Assembly (NCBI GenBank): GCA_964016885.1
Contig: OZ024743.1
Location: 371,814,001 to 371,878,000 of the forward strand
DNA length: 64,000 bases
Direction: 5' to 3'
Source: Eledone cirrhosa
Taxonomy: Eukaryota
Shown: positions 1-12,974 of the stretch, piece after piece
How the letters are laid out: every line of letters begins with the position of its first letter
Position numbering within the stretch: position 1 is the stretch's first letter
Position numbers and translations under genes: made by a program
Notes under the pieces: model-generated
Told to the model about the DNA's origin: nothing
The model's input: the letters and a program-made list of their open reading frames with translations, nothing else
The model's database searches: none

Positions 1-451
1 TAACTACCTTATGGGCAGTGAATGGCACCAGGATGTCACTATTGTGACATCCTGTGGTTCAGTAGTGCTCAACATTTCACACAAAAATTCCAAGACCTAG
101 TATTATTATATCATTGTCGTAAACAAAGATTTTGGCTCAATAGTTTAGTATAATATCATCAGATATAAGAAAACAACTGCAAAACATAGAAGACCTTGAA
201 AGTGAAAACCCTGACATATTTAAAAGAATTGGAAACTTTCCAGGGAAACAAAAAATACACGTTGAAAATGTAATACCAGTGGTACAACCTGCAAGGGCAC
301 TTGAAAGATGAATTGAATAAAGAATTAAATAAAATGGAAGATATTGTTGAGATCAAAAAGTAAATGAACCAACAGACTGGGTGAATGCAATGGCATTTAG
401 CAGAAAAAAATGGTGAGTTACGAATATGGTTAGATCGAAAACCATTGAATA

Positions 452-1730
452 CGAGGGGGCTTCAAAAAGTTTGTGGAAAAAGGACAGTTGGAAAAAACGG
501 TTTAAGTTATGATGTTTATTTTTCAACGTATGCTCATCTAGGTGAATACACTTCTGTAAGCGTTGAGACTAGCCTTTAAGTCCATCTGTGTAAAACTGAG
601 TGACATGCGATTTAAACCATATCAACGCAGTTTTTTCTACATCTTCAGCTGATGGAAAATGGGTACCTTTCAAAGATTTTTTCAGGTTTGGAAACAAAAA
701 AAAGTCAGATGAGGCTAAATCAGGACTGTAAGGTAGGTGTCAGATGATTTCCCATCGAAATTCCTGTAACACAGCTCGTGTCTGCCAAGTGCATTGTCGT
801 GGTGGAAGAGGATGCACCAATGCAGCTTCCCCAAGCATTTTTCCGTGATTTTCTTTGCCAGTTTTCTCAAAATGCCTTCATAATATGCAGCTGTAATTGT
901 TCCTTTGTTCTTGAGGAAGTCAACAAGCAAAATCCCTTCAGCATCCCAGAAGACAGTCGCAATGACCTTCTCTCTTGAACGTTCTGATTTTGCCTTGACT
1001 GGCCCACTTCCACCTGTGGGCAGCCACTGCTTCGATTGAGTTTTGTCCTTGGGATCGTACTGGTGGAGCCACGTTTCATCCCTGGTCACAATTCTCTGCT
1101 GAAAAGCTTCATGGTCTTCATCCCACTTGTTCAAAATTTTCATCGAAAGATCTGCCCTTGTTTGCTGCTAATCTAGGTGCAACACCTCTGGACCCATCGA
1201 GCAAAAAGCTTGCTCAGCCCAAAACTCTCCACCAGAATTGCATAAGCAGAACCCATGGAGATATTGAGTGTGTTGGCTACTGATTCAGTGGTTATTCACC
1301 TATCCTTTTCAATTAGATCGCAAACAGCATCAATGTTTTCCACAGACTGTGGTGGATGGTCTGCCACTGCAGGGATCATCTTCAACTTCATCTCTTCCTC
1401 TTCTAAAATGACATCCATTTGTATGTTGTTGATTTTTCTGGGGCATTGTCCCGATAAACTTGCTCCAGAACATCAATGATTTGGTTGCTCTTCCACCCTA
1501 GCTTCACCATGAATTTGATGTTTGTCCTGGCTTCAATTTTGATGGAAGCCATGTTGCTTGAGTGAGTGCTGACTTCCGATTGGTGGCGTTGTGCTGCAAC
1601 ATGCATTTAAGGGTTCATGTTACATGTTATGACACATTAGTATGAGAACATACAGGTGCATTGAGATCAAAATCCCTTCATATGATTTTTAGCTATGTAC
1701 TTTTTCTGCGAAATTTTTGAAGCCCCCACG
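452..1730 (-). mobile_element. Full-length-size (1279 bp) mariner, irritans/Hsmar2-like, defective transposase
   Basis: TA TSD (450-451, 1731-1732). TIRs CGAGGGGGCTTCAAAAAG / TTTTTGAAGCCCCCACG. Transposase pieces KIEARTNIKFMVKLGW, IVTRDETW, VFWDAEG, HHDNA, YSPDLASSDFF. Confidence 0.95.
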
Positions 1731-3770
1731 TAAATGCATTAAAAGAGCTTACCACAAAACCATAACCTTGAGGAAATTTCCCACAAACTAGCAGGTACTA
1801 AATATTTCACAAAATTAGATGCAACTCATGGGTACATTTTGATAAGGAATTAGGCCTGCTTACATGCTTTAATAGACTTTTTGGCAGGTACAGATATTTA
1901 AGGAGTCCATTTGGGTTCAAAATGTCTCAGGATATTTTTCAGGAAAAAATGGATCAAATACTAGAAAATTGCACAGGAGCCATTGGTATATCTGATTATG
2001 TTTGCATATATGGCAAAACAATTGAACAGCATAAAAACTTGAAAAGGACAATGGGTAGTGCCCGAAGATATAGTTTAGTTTTCAACAAAGACATATGAAA
2101 AGTGGGACAAAAACATAAAATGTTATGGTCTCATAAGATGAAAATGGCTCTCACCTAGATCCAGAAAAATGTGACACGATTAAATCAAATCCTACACTTA
2201 CAAACTGTGAAGAACTTTTGCAATTTTTAGGTATTATCCAATTCTTAAGCCCTTTCACACCAGAACTCAGTTCTAGAACAGTCCCACTGAGATCACTACT
2301 CAAGAAAGATACTGAATGGCAAAAAAAGTTTTTCAAAAATTGAAAGATTGTATTTATGAAAACATTTGCTTAGCTTTCTCAGGCCTAATGCGAAGACAGT
2401 GATCCAGGTTGATTCTAGCATGCTAGGCCTAGGTGCAATAATGATGGAAAAATTGTGGCATTTGCTAGTAAAAGTCTGACTGATACAGAGCTAAGATATA
2501 CAAACTAATAAGAAAGCTACTGGCAGTGGTGTTTGGTTGTGAAACATTTCATACATATATGTTTGGGAAAAAGTTCTAAATTGAATCAGACCACAAACCA
2601 TTAGAAAACATACAAAAAAAAACATTGCACCAGCACCCCCAAGATTACAAAGAATGTTGTTAAGGCTATAACTGTAGGATGCTCAAATCATATACAAACT
2701 AGGTGAAGAAATGAGAGTTCCAGCTCTTTATTAAGAGTACAGTCAACACAAAGTAAAGAAATTGAACTAGATATCACAATACATACTGTTGATATATCAG
2801 TTAAAAGCAAATAGAGCTGCAAGAAGCTACAGAAGAAGATGGAGAATTGAAAATATTAAAACAAATGATAATAAGTCGATGGTTAGAGACTGTGAAAGAC
2901 ATACCGAAACATATAAGAAACTACTGGTCATTGAAAGAATGTCTGTCGGTACAAGACGGCTTGGTACTAAAGTTGAAAGCATAGTCATACCAACAAATAT
3001 GCAAAACAATGTTCTTCAGAGAATTTGCGATGCACATCAAGGAATTGAAAAATGTCAGCTCAAAGCAAGGAATAGTGTTTATTGAAGAGTATAAACAAAG
3101 ACATCGAAAAGCTGGTATAGTCATGTGAAATATGCAATGAGCACCAAAAAACAACGATGATAAAAGAGCACTAAAAAAACCCATTCCAAAATATTGCAAT
3201 GGTCAACAATTCTTACTTGTTGCTGATCAATACAACAAAATGCCTTTTGTCAGGACTACAAGGATCATCACGAGCTCAAACTGCATTGAATATTTCAAAG
3301 CAATCTTTGCCATTCATGGCAGGCATTCTAGAATATATACAGACAATGCTATATATTTTGTGTCAAATGAGTTCCACAACTTTGCCACAAAGTGGGAATT
3401 CACCCACATCACATCCAGCTGATGATACCTACAATTGAATGGTCTCATAGAAAGAATGGTCGAAACAGTGAAAAATATGATGAAGAAAGCAAAACAATCG
3501 AATATGGATTGTCAAATGCCTATGTGAGTAACCCCTCTGGGCAGTCACTTACCATCACCATCAGAGATCTTATTCAATAGGAAAATAAGAACAAGAATCC
3601 AACTATGTTGAACACTGACACCCCAAAAGAACCAAATGCGAGAAAGAATGAATGTCAAAAATAAGAAGCAACAACCATTCTATACAACAGAAATGTAAAA
3701 GACCTTTCTGAATTAGTTATAGGCAGCAGTGTCTGTCTTTTAAGAAAATAACACATGGCAACCAGCAACA

Positions 3771-6700
3771 TCATCATCATTATTTTAACATTGGTTTTCT
3801 CTGCTAGCAAGGGTTGGAGAGGTCTATATAGACCAAGTCAGTACTGAAGCAGTCATCTTGTTTATGTATGGTCTCACGTTCTACTGAGTGCACAGGGGAG
3901 GTTTGATACAACTGAGGGTCCTCCCAACCCTTTGCTTTGCAAGCTTTCTATGACTGGATGCCTTTCCTATCACCAACCACTTTACAGCATGTACTGAGCG
4001 CATTTATCATGTAAATCATCAACACAATAGAGGCTGTCATGTCCTAGACGTGACTGAAAGGTCTTCCCGACACTTTGTTTGGCAACCTTTCTATCACCAA
4101 GCAGCTAGGAGCGTGTGTGGGGAGGGGACATGGAGTGAAGAGGTGTTGTGGTGTTGAGGATAGCTTTTAGTGAGCAGTGATAGGAGGGGGGTTAGACCAC
4201 ATTGTATGTTGCAGGCCAGCCTTCATGATCTTTAGTCATTTCTGTTGTGAGGTTTAGTTTTTTAAAGTCAGTCTTCACAAACTCATCCCATGTCTTCCTG
4301 GGTCTACCTCTTCTACACATCCCAGCCACTGGGGTTTCTCTGCATTTCTTTATGCAGCTTTTATCTTCCATGCACATCACATGTCCATACTAATGTAGTC
4401 TTCTCTCTTGCACACTACATCTAATTCTTCTTATGCCAAGGTTTTCTCTCAGTTTGCTCATGCTATATCACTCATGCATTACACAACCATCGGAGCATAC
4501 TCAACTCATTTATTTCTAGCCTCTGCAATCAAGACCCATGTTTTACTGCCATGTAATATTGCAGTTCGCACACAGGCATCATACAGTCTACCCTTCACTC
4601 TGAGAGAAAAACATTTTATTGTTATCAGCGGTTATAGATCTCTAAACTTCTTCCACCCTGTTCTTATCCTAGCTATCACACTTTCAGTGCATCCTCCCTC
4701 ACTGCTAATTTGATTGCCTAAGGAGCAAAAGCTATCCACAATTTCTCATGAGCTCTCCTGGCAGCTGAGGGAATCTACTTCACGTGAGCTCTTTGTGCAT
4801 CTGCTGTATGTAAAGTCTATCTTTTCTGTTAGCCTGCATGCAATCCTGCTACATCTCTTGTGCATCCATAGTTTGAGTGCACCTAATGAAATTTCTACTA
4901 ATCCCTTTCTGACATATCGAACAAGGACGCTTTCCTGAGGGTATAACTTTCCTGTCTTCTTTCCTACTTCCAAGGACTTTTGTCTTTGCTAAATTTACTT
5001 TTAGGCCTTTTAACTCTAGGTTCTTCTTCCATGCTTGAAATTTTGCCTCTAACTCTCCTACGGATTCAGCTATGAGGACAAGGTTGTCAACGTATAGGAA
5101 CTCCCATGGAGTGCCAGTTTTAAACTCCTCAGTAATGGCCTGAAGGAAAATGATAAACAGGAGTGGACTGAGGACTGATTCCTGGTGGACCCCCACTTGC
5201 ACTTCAAATTCCTCACTGTACTCATTGCCAACTCACACTTCTATACATGGCCCTAACAAGCCATTCACCTACACCAGCTTCCTAAATGCCCACCAGATTA
5301 TAGAGCATGGAACCCTGTCAAAGGCCTTCTCCAGATTAACAAATGCTAGATACAGTGGCTTGCTCTTAGCTAAGTACCTCACCTGTAGTTGTCTTAGCAG
5401 AAAGAGGGCATCAGTACTACCCCTATCTGGCATAAATCCAAACTGCATCTCATCTAACTCGATTCTTTCCCTAATTACCTATGCTATAAATCTTTCAGCA
5501 ACTTTCAGGACCTTGTCCATCAGCTTAATGCCTCTGTAGTTACTTCTCTCTAGCATCTCCTTTGCCCTTGTAGCAATTTACAATAAGCTACACTAGTCAT
5601 TGGGTATGACACCATCCTGTACTACTTGATTAACTATGTATCTGACCAGCTCATATCCTACCATGCCAAATGCTTTTAGCATCTCAGCGACTATATCAGA
5701 TGGTCCAGCTGCTTTCCTTACCTTCATGTCCTTAATTGCTTTATCTATCGAGCAGCTGCCAACTTTTATGGCTGGTCCCTCAGTAGGGTCTGCATGGGGT
5801 AGGTCATCACTGTCCCATTCAGCAACTTCTTGTAGTATGTCTTCCATACTTCCTTCTTTTCAGTGTCAGACAGGGCAAGTGCTCCATTATCATCTCAGAC
5901 ATGCTTTCTCCAACCACATCACGATTTTCTCTAGCATACTGTCTCGCAATCCTGAACACTTCACACTTCTGATCTTCTCTATACAGAACATGTGCAAGCT
6001 TCTTTTCTGCCTATCCTTTTGCTTGATATACTTGGTGCCTGACCTCCCTTCTAGCTATCTAGTATTGCTTTCTGTCTCCTCCCTTCCTCCAGGCTTGTCA
6101 TTTTGTTTTAATTGCTCTTTCTACCTTGTTATTCCACCACCATCTCACCCTCCATCTTAGTGGGACTTTGCTCTAGCAACAGACCTGGCTTGAGGTTTCC
6201 AGTAGATTGTCTTGTAGAAATTCCCAATTTTTCTCTATCTTATATATCCCTAGCTCCTCTTCCTTACTATCATAGGCATCAAGGATTTCTCTAAATTTAT
6301 TACTGAGCGTTCACTCAGCTTCCATGCCTTCCTTCTCCAGACTGGCTTTTGTTTCTTGGTCTACCTAGCCCTTACTCTAAAGTCACTGACAACTAATCTA
6401 TGTTGAAAGAACTTGGTATTTACAATCATTTGCTTGTCTCATTTTTTGGTGAGGGTGAAGCCTATTTGTTTTGTATGTCCTTTTGATTGGTAGGTAATCA
6501 TGTGGTTGGCTGGTTTCTTGAAGTTTGTGTTACAGATAATTAAGTCAAGAGCATCACAGACCTTGTAACAGGAGGATGTTTTAATGTATATATAAAGTTG
6601 TATTTAGCAGTTATGTGTGTGTTATAGTTAGTAGCGCCACGAGTAATCTTCTTGGTAGAAAGATGTGTTAGTCATATCGACAAACGAGTAACTTGATAAC

Positions 6701-8080
6701 AACGTCAACAAGAATGTTCATGAGATGAAAAGTATGTTTATTTGTTGTGGCACAAAGTAATGTTTGTTAAATTGTATGATTGTAGTTAAACATAAAAAAG
6801 GTTACAAAAGGAATGTGCCATTGTGCCAGGCCCGAGGCAGGCCGGCAGGCCAAAGTGCAAATCTCACCGTTACATATTGTACGTGTCGTTCCTTCGAAGT
6901 TCAGGATGCGAGAAGCAGATTCTTCAAATCCTCACGGGGAATTTCTCCCTCAGGGTGCATAGGGATACATTTTCTTCTGCTGGCGCTGATTGGCTGAGCT
7001 GAGCCAAATCACACACAGAGAATGTATGAGCCCGCAGAAAGTAGGTCACTACAATGTTGTCTATCACTACAACCTCCCCTCTTTGTTCCTTTTGCCATAC
7101 CCATAGCCTTCGTGTATGCCAGGGAATCCGTTCATGATGTTCCCCAACATGCCCATTGAAGTCATCAACTGCTATCATAAGATTGCTGTCATCCACCTAC
7201 CCCATTTTTGTTACCCACCCAGAAGAATTTGTACCTGTGTTACTTGACTGTAATGAATCAGGCTGAACTGTCCCTCGACCCCATTTCTTGTACACAGCAC
7301 ACATCTACTTTTCTCCTATCTAACATCTCTTACCTCACATTCTTCTGACATTTAAAGTGCCAAATGAGGTCCTGCATAGCTGTCTTTCTCTTTTCCTGGG
7401 TTTTAGGAGTAGAGTGGCTGCCCAACTGGTTGGAGATACTTGGGGGATTTACATGCATGTCAGATTCTTTTGTATTTTGTATTATTTGTCATAGATGTTT
7501 GTAGTCATCATCTGTATCAGTGTCAGCAGTAGCCAACAATTCTTCACTAATTCCATTGTGCCCTACTAATGTTTCTGGTGCAATATGCATACTAAAGTGT
7601 TGAAATGTGTGCAGAGCGATAGCCCTCCTCCACCAAGTCGACATCACATTGTGTGACAATGGGGTTGGGTGGAAGGTAAATGGTGTCCAGGCCATGCTAC
7701 ATGATAAAAATCCACCTCAGAGAATTAAGTAACGAGTTTTAGATATAATATTAATAATTTTTAGTTTTATATTTAGAAGTTTTGTTGACTACCCATTTTC
7801 ATCTGCTGTACGGTAGGAATCTAACCATTTCATCTTTTCTTATACATTTCTACTAGGAGATGGATGTGCTAGAAAGAATGAACATGTGTGGAGTTTGTAT
7901 ATTCATAGATAATTTTGTAAGGGTCTATGTAGAGAAAAATTCTTTGGAATCTGTTATGGTGGAAAACAAAGGAGTGCATAAGAGGCTGAGAGAAAAATAA
8001 TTTCACATATTTTACAAGTGTACGTTTTGTTTAAGCTAGGCATAAACAAATAACATTCTAGACGATATTTAGAGATATAA
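3771..8080 (-). mobile_element. Decayed RTE-clade LINE insertion with (TGA)n tail, containing a solo LTR
   Basis: ORF remnants [46 protein letters not shown] duplication at 3766-3770 and 8081-8085. Confidence 0.85.
6564..7071. mobile_element. Solo LTR (508 bp)
   Basis: TGTAAC...ACTACA termini, 4-bp TSD ACCT (6560-6563, 7072-7075), interrupts RTE endonuclease sequence. Confidence 0.8.
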
Positions 8081-9166
8081 CAACAGTAGATAAATGCACG
8101 GAACCATATAGCTACATCATCAGAATGCACAATGACAGAAGACTGGCCAGATGCAACAGGTGACACATGCATGAGCTATACAGGTCACATTCAGTTTTCC
8201 AGCCCAACAGACCAGAAACAATGATCCATCAGTCATGGGACCGCCCTGTGAGAATAAGGAAGCCCTCAGCTAAGCTTAAGAAATTCATATGTAAGCAGAA
8301 CATTGATTTTATATAAATTATAATTTTTTCATTTGATAAGTATTTCATGGATTATATCCCTTTAATTGTATATATAAATAGCTCATTTCTAAGATATAAA
8401 TCATCATTTTACGTCCGCTTTTCCGTGCTTGCAAGGGAGGGACGGGTCTTATTCAGCACAGCATCTCTCCACATGTCACGGTCCTTTGTCATCTCCACCG
8501 TGAGCTTCAGCGATCTGAGGTCTGTTCTCACCACCTCCGCCCATGTTTTTCGTGGTCTACCTCTACCACGTCTTCCTTCAACTGGCATTTCTTCACCCAT
8601 CGGTCATCCTCCATGCGCATCAGATGTCCATACCACCGCAGTCTCCTTTCTCGCACACTACATTCTATCCCTCTCAGACACAGTTTCTCTCTCAACACAT
8701 TTATGCTGGTTCGTTCACGCACATTGACACTGCACATCCAACGGAGCATGCTTGCCTCATTTCTCTCCAGTCATTGCATATCCTCTGCAGTTGATGCCCA
8801 TGTCTCACTACCATGCAGCATCGTGCTCCTCACACAGGCATCATGTAACCGGCCTTTCATATGCAGGGAGAAACCCTTCTTCATCAGCAGCTCCCTAAAC
8901 TTCTTCCAACCCGTCCTTATTCTAGAAACTATGGCCTCGGAACACCCCCCTCCCATGCTAATCTGATCTCCTAGGTACTGGAAGCTATCAACCACTTCTA
9001 TAGCACCCGCCTGCATTTGAAAAACGTGTCTATCAATGTGACTTCTACTGTCTAATTTCCCTGTACATCTACTGCATACGTATTTCTCCCTACCTGTTAG
9101 TTTGCCTGCTATCCCACTACATCTCTTGTGTACCAAGGATCTGCATTGTGTGCATTTTATAGAATT

Positions 9167-9310
9167 TGTGATGATATGATTTGTTATTTAGCATCACTTT
9201 CTTCTCTTTGATTTGATTCCTTTTTATTCTTATTCTTTCTATTCTTGTTTGTTGTATTTTGACCCTACTAATTTCTTCTCTTATTGACTCTTTCTATATT
9301 ATTCTTAGAT
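9167..9310 (+). repeat. 5' LTR (truncated) of the Gypsy element
   Basis: Direct repeat of 12798-12935; lacks the last ~39 bp of the 3' LTR. Confidence 0.9.
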
Positions 9311-12300
9311 CCGAAAATATTCAAGAAAATTCTTCCGGATGATCCTAGTGAATCCGATTATGCCTACTGGAAGAGAATGTTGGCGATCTATTTGGAAGTA
9401 AGCTGTCTGTCCTTTTGGTCCTTTGCAGAGCCAATGCTTATACTCTCATTGAAGAAGCAACATCATTCGATGAGGCGTTATCCATTCTTGATAATAAATT
9501 TCAAAAGAAAGGCTCAGCAATAATGACCCGACATAAACTACGCAACCATCGTCAACAAGAAGGGCAATCATTGGAGGCCTACATGACTGAATTAAAAGCT
9601 CTCGCAAAGAAATGCCCCACTAAACCCCTAACAGGGGAACAACATAGACAGATTTGTGATGCGTTCGTGTCGGGTGTTCAATCCGCCACCATAAAACAAC
9701 GACTTCTGGAATCACCTGACGAAAATCTAGATAAAATATTCCAAACCGCTCTCACATTAGAACTGGCAATAGAAGACGCACAAAATCTGTCAACAACAAT
9801 ACAACCGCCGTCACAACCCCTATTCGCTGCTTCTTCATCAAAATGTTTCTGGTGTGGTGGTTCATATCACCAAAAATCAGAGTGTTCTGCAAAAAATTCA
9901 ACTAGCAATTTCTGCCACAAGAAAGGCCACTGGGCAACAGTATGTTTTGTTAAAAATAAGAAGGTACTAAAGATAAAACACGCAGCAGTCTTGAATCATA
10001 ACGAGGGCCCCGATGAAGCCTATGATGGCAGTAATCTTACTGCCTGTTATAAACTTGCTTCCGTGAATCATAATACAAACCTTTTAACAATTTATGTCAA
10101 TTCTCATAAAACAGGTTTACTTGACACAGGCTCAGACAAGTCTTTCATTGACATGAACCTCTTGTCAAAATAGCAAAGTAAATTCAAGAAAACTAAGAAT
10201 AAGAGTGTAATTTTAGCCGACAACAGTAAACTCATAATACGAGGTACGTTTGAAACATTAGAATGGGAGGGTCGAGTATACCACATCGATCTAATGGTGG
10301 TTGACAAACTCTTTGCTCCAGTAGTTATGGGTCTTGATATACTTAAAAGGCATAAGTCTTTAACAATAAAATATACGGGGGACATGATACCAGTCACGAT
10401 ATATACGTCAATGCAAACTCTGAATTGTGAAGAATATGATTTAATGCCTGGTATCGATACTACAAAATTAAAACCATTATCTATACCTCCTCGAAAATAC
10501 AATAAAGACCAGCAATTCATTAAAATGGAAATCGACAGAATGCTTAAAGCTGGAATAATTCAACGGAGCAGAAGCCCATGGAGAGCGCAGTGCTTCGTAA
10601 TTGATCAGGAAAACAAAAAACGTCTTGTCATAGACTACTCAGGCACTATAAATCGTTACACACCATTAGATTCATACCCTAATGCCATAATCGAAGACCT
10701 ACTCAACATTTCAAAACACGTATATCTCGAAAATAGATCTAAAGGCGGCTTATCACCAAATACCCATCAAATCTTCCGACTTTAAGTTGACTGCATTCGA
10801 GGCCTGTGGCCGACTATGAATTTACCCGTCTTCCGTTTGGATGCACAAATGCCGTTCCAATTTTCCAACAAATAATGGACACTTTCATAGACAATTACAA
10901 CTTATAAAATGCCTACTCATACCTTGACGACATTATTATAAGAGGAGACACAGTCGAAGAACATAACCATAACCTAAAGCAATTCATGAATGCAGCTAAC
11001 AATGCAGATATGCAATTGAATCGAGACAAATGCAGCTTTAATCAAAATAGAATACATTTCCTTGGACATGTCATAGAAAAAGGTAAATTAAGACCGGACC
11101 CTGAAAGGTATACAGCCCTTATTGACATGCCGTTCCCAAAGACGTTAAAAGAGTTGAACCGGGTAATCGGTCTTTTTGCATACTATGCTAAATGGATTAA
11201 GGGCTCTTCTAACCTCTCAGTCGTTCTTACAAAGGCAAGAAACACCATTGATAAACAAGGTCTATCAAACGAAGAAAAATCTACTATTAATAAGATGAAG
11301 AAAGAACTCATAAAGGCATCACTGTGTTCATCCGATTTCATTGCACTATTTACAATCGAAACCGACGCATCAAATATTGCCATTAGCGGAACTCTATCAC
11401 AAAATGGTCGTCCAATTGCTTTTCTTAGTAGAACCCTAAATAAGTCAGAAAGAGGACATTCCATCATCAAAAAGGAAGATTGCGCAATTATAGAATGTTG
11501 TAGAAAATGGAGGCATATGATCAGCGCTGTTCCACATTGTAATATCATAACAGACCAACGATCGGTTGCATTTGCGTTCAACAAAAAACACACTTCCAAG
11601 ATTAAAAACGAGAAGGTAGCCCGCTGGCGACTAGAGTTAAGCGATCTTAACCTTACCTTCTCATATAGACCTGGTTCATTAAACCAAGCCGCAGACGCCC
11701 TATCACACTGCTGCTCTACTAAGACGGAACACAAATGGGGTCACCAAACTTCTACACTATTGTAAATCAATGAACTTGGCATATTCTATTAATGAAATAA
11801 GAGAAGTTATCGCCAATTGCAAAATATGCCGTGAATGTAAACCACAATTCTATAAACCACCCAAAGGAAGAAGATTAATACATGCCACAAGACCCTGGGA
11901 AAGACTATCAATGGACTTTGTGGGTCCCATGGCTATCTCAAACGGTTTTCGATTTATATTGACTATAGTTGACGAGTACTCACATTTTCCATTCGCCATT
12001 CCCTGTAAAGAGATAACAACGGACGTAGTAATTAAACATCTATTGGAGATATTCTCTATATTTGGAAAACCCAGTTCGATTCATAGATAGGGGACGTCAA
12101 TTTGAATCACAAAAACTCAGATTTATTATGGAGTAATAACATTATAAAAAGCCACACCACGCCATATCGACCCCAAGCTAACGACACAATATGCAAAGCG
12201 ATAAGTCTGGCATTGAAGACAAATAATCTCAATAAAAATGGAGTAACATGATTCCAATCGCTCTGTTGTCTATCCGAGGATTGCTTTGCACTGCTACAAA

Positions 12301-12797
12301 CGCCACACCACATCGACAAACAACGGCACAGAAATACCAGAGTTTCTAAATAAACAGGGCACAATCGTGTTACATCGACGTCACATAAGGAATAAAGGTG
12401 ATGGTCTCACGGAAAACGTTCAACTCATCGAGACGATCTCACCCCACTTTGCCAAGGTACAATTTAATAGTGGAAGAATAGACAGTCTCAACTGCAAATC
12501 TCGCACCAGCAGCATCACCACAAAACAATGGAAATTCAACATCGGAGAGTCAGAATAACCCCCCCAAAAAGCGCCAATTTAACTCAACCAACAGCAATAT
12601 CTACACCTGTGGCAGTTGGGAACGAAAGTATGACATCTACCGCCGATAACAATCCTACAAAGAGTGCTGAATTTGACAACAATGAATCTTCTGACACATT
12701 CTTAACCTCGAATAACACACCCCAACAACAAAGAACACGCCGAGGACGCTTAGTAGTGAGGCCAATGCGATACGATTAACGCTAGAGGGAAAGAAAG

Positions 12798-12974
12798 TGA
12801 TATGATTTGTTTTATAGCATCACTTTCTTCTCTTTGATTTGATTCCTTTTTATTCTTATTCGTTCTCTTGTTTGTTATATTGTTGACCCATACTAATTTC
12901 TTCTCTTAATGACTCTTTCTATATTATTCTTAGATTGAATAAAAACCTTTGATTTGGTACAAAATAATACAACA
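12798..12974 (+). repeat. 3' LTR (~177 bp) of the Gypsy element
   Basis: Follows the PPT, contains AATAAA, ends TACAACA. Confidence 0.9.

Larger units (their letters stand above)
1..8295 (+). mobile_element. Decayed Gypsy/Ty3 pol (RT-RNaseH-integrase), split by a mariner (452-1730) and an RTE insertion (3771-8080)
   Basis: Fragments GELRIWLDRKPLN, KYFTKLDA, HQGIEKCQLKAR, IYTDN..FVSNEF..FATKWEFTHITSS. Removing the inserts restores PLN|KCIKR and WQPAT|VDKCTEPYSYIIR. Tail RPVRIRKPSAKLKKF at about 8240-8290. Many stops and frameshifts. Confidence 0.85.
9167..12974 (+). mobile_element. Compact 3.8-kb Gypsy LTR retrotransposon, defective
   Basis: TG...CA ends and 5-bp TSD GAATT (9162-9166, 12975-12979). 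Gag zinc knuckles CFWCGGSYH/CHKKGHWATVC, protease LLDTGS, RT YLDD (about 10920), RNaseH TDAS, integrase CKIC/DFVGP/VDEYS, polypurine tract GAGGGAAAGAAAG before the 3' LTR. Confidence 0.95.

Noticed and set aside
11183-11734. Long antisense ORFs over transposons (also 5636-6160, 34623-35327)
   Set aside because: Shadows of TE coding sequence with no independent motifs.
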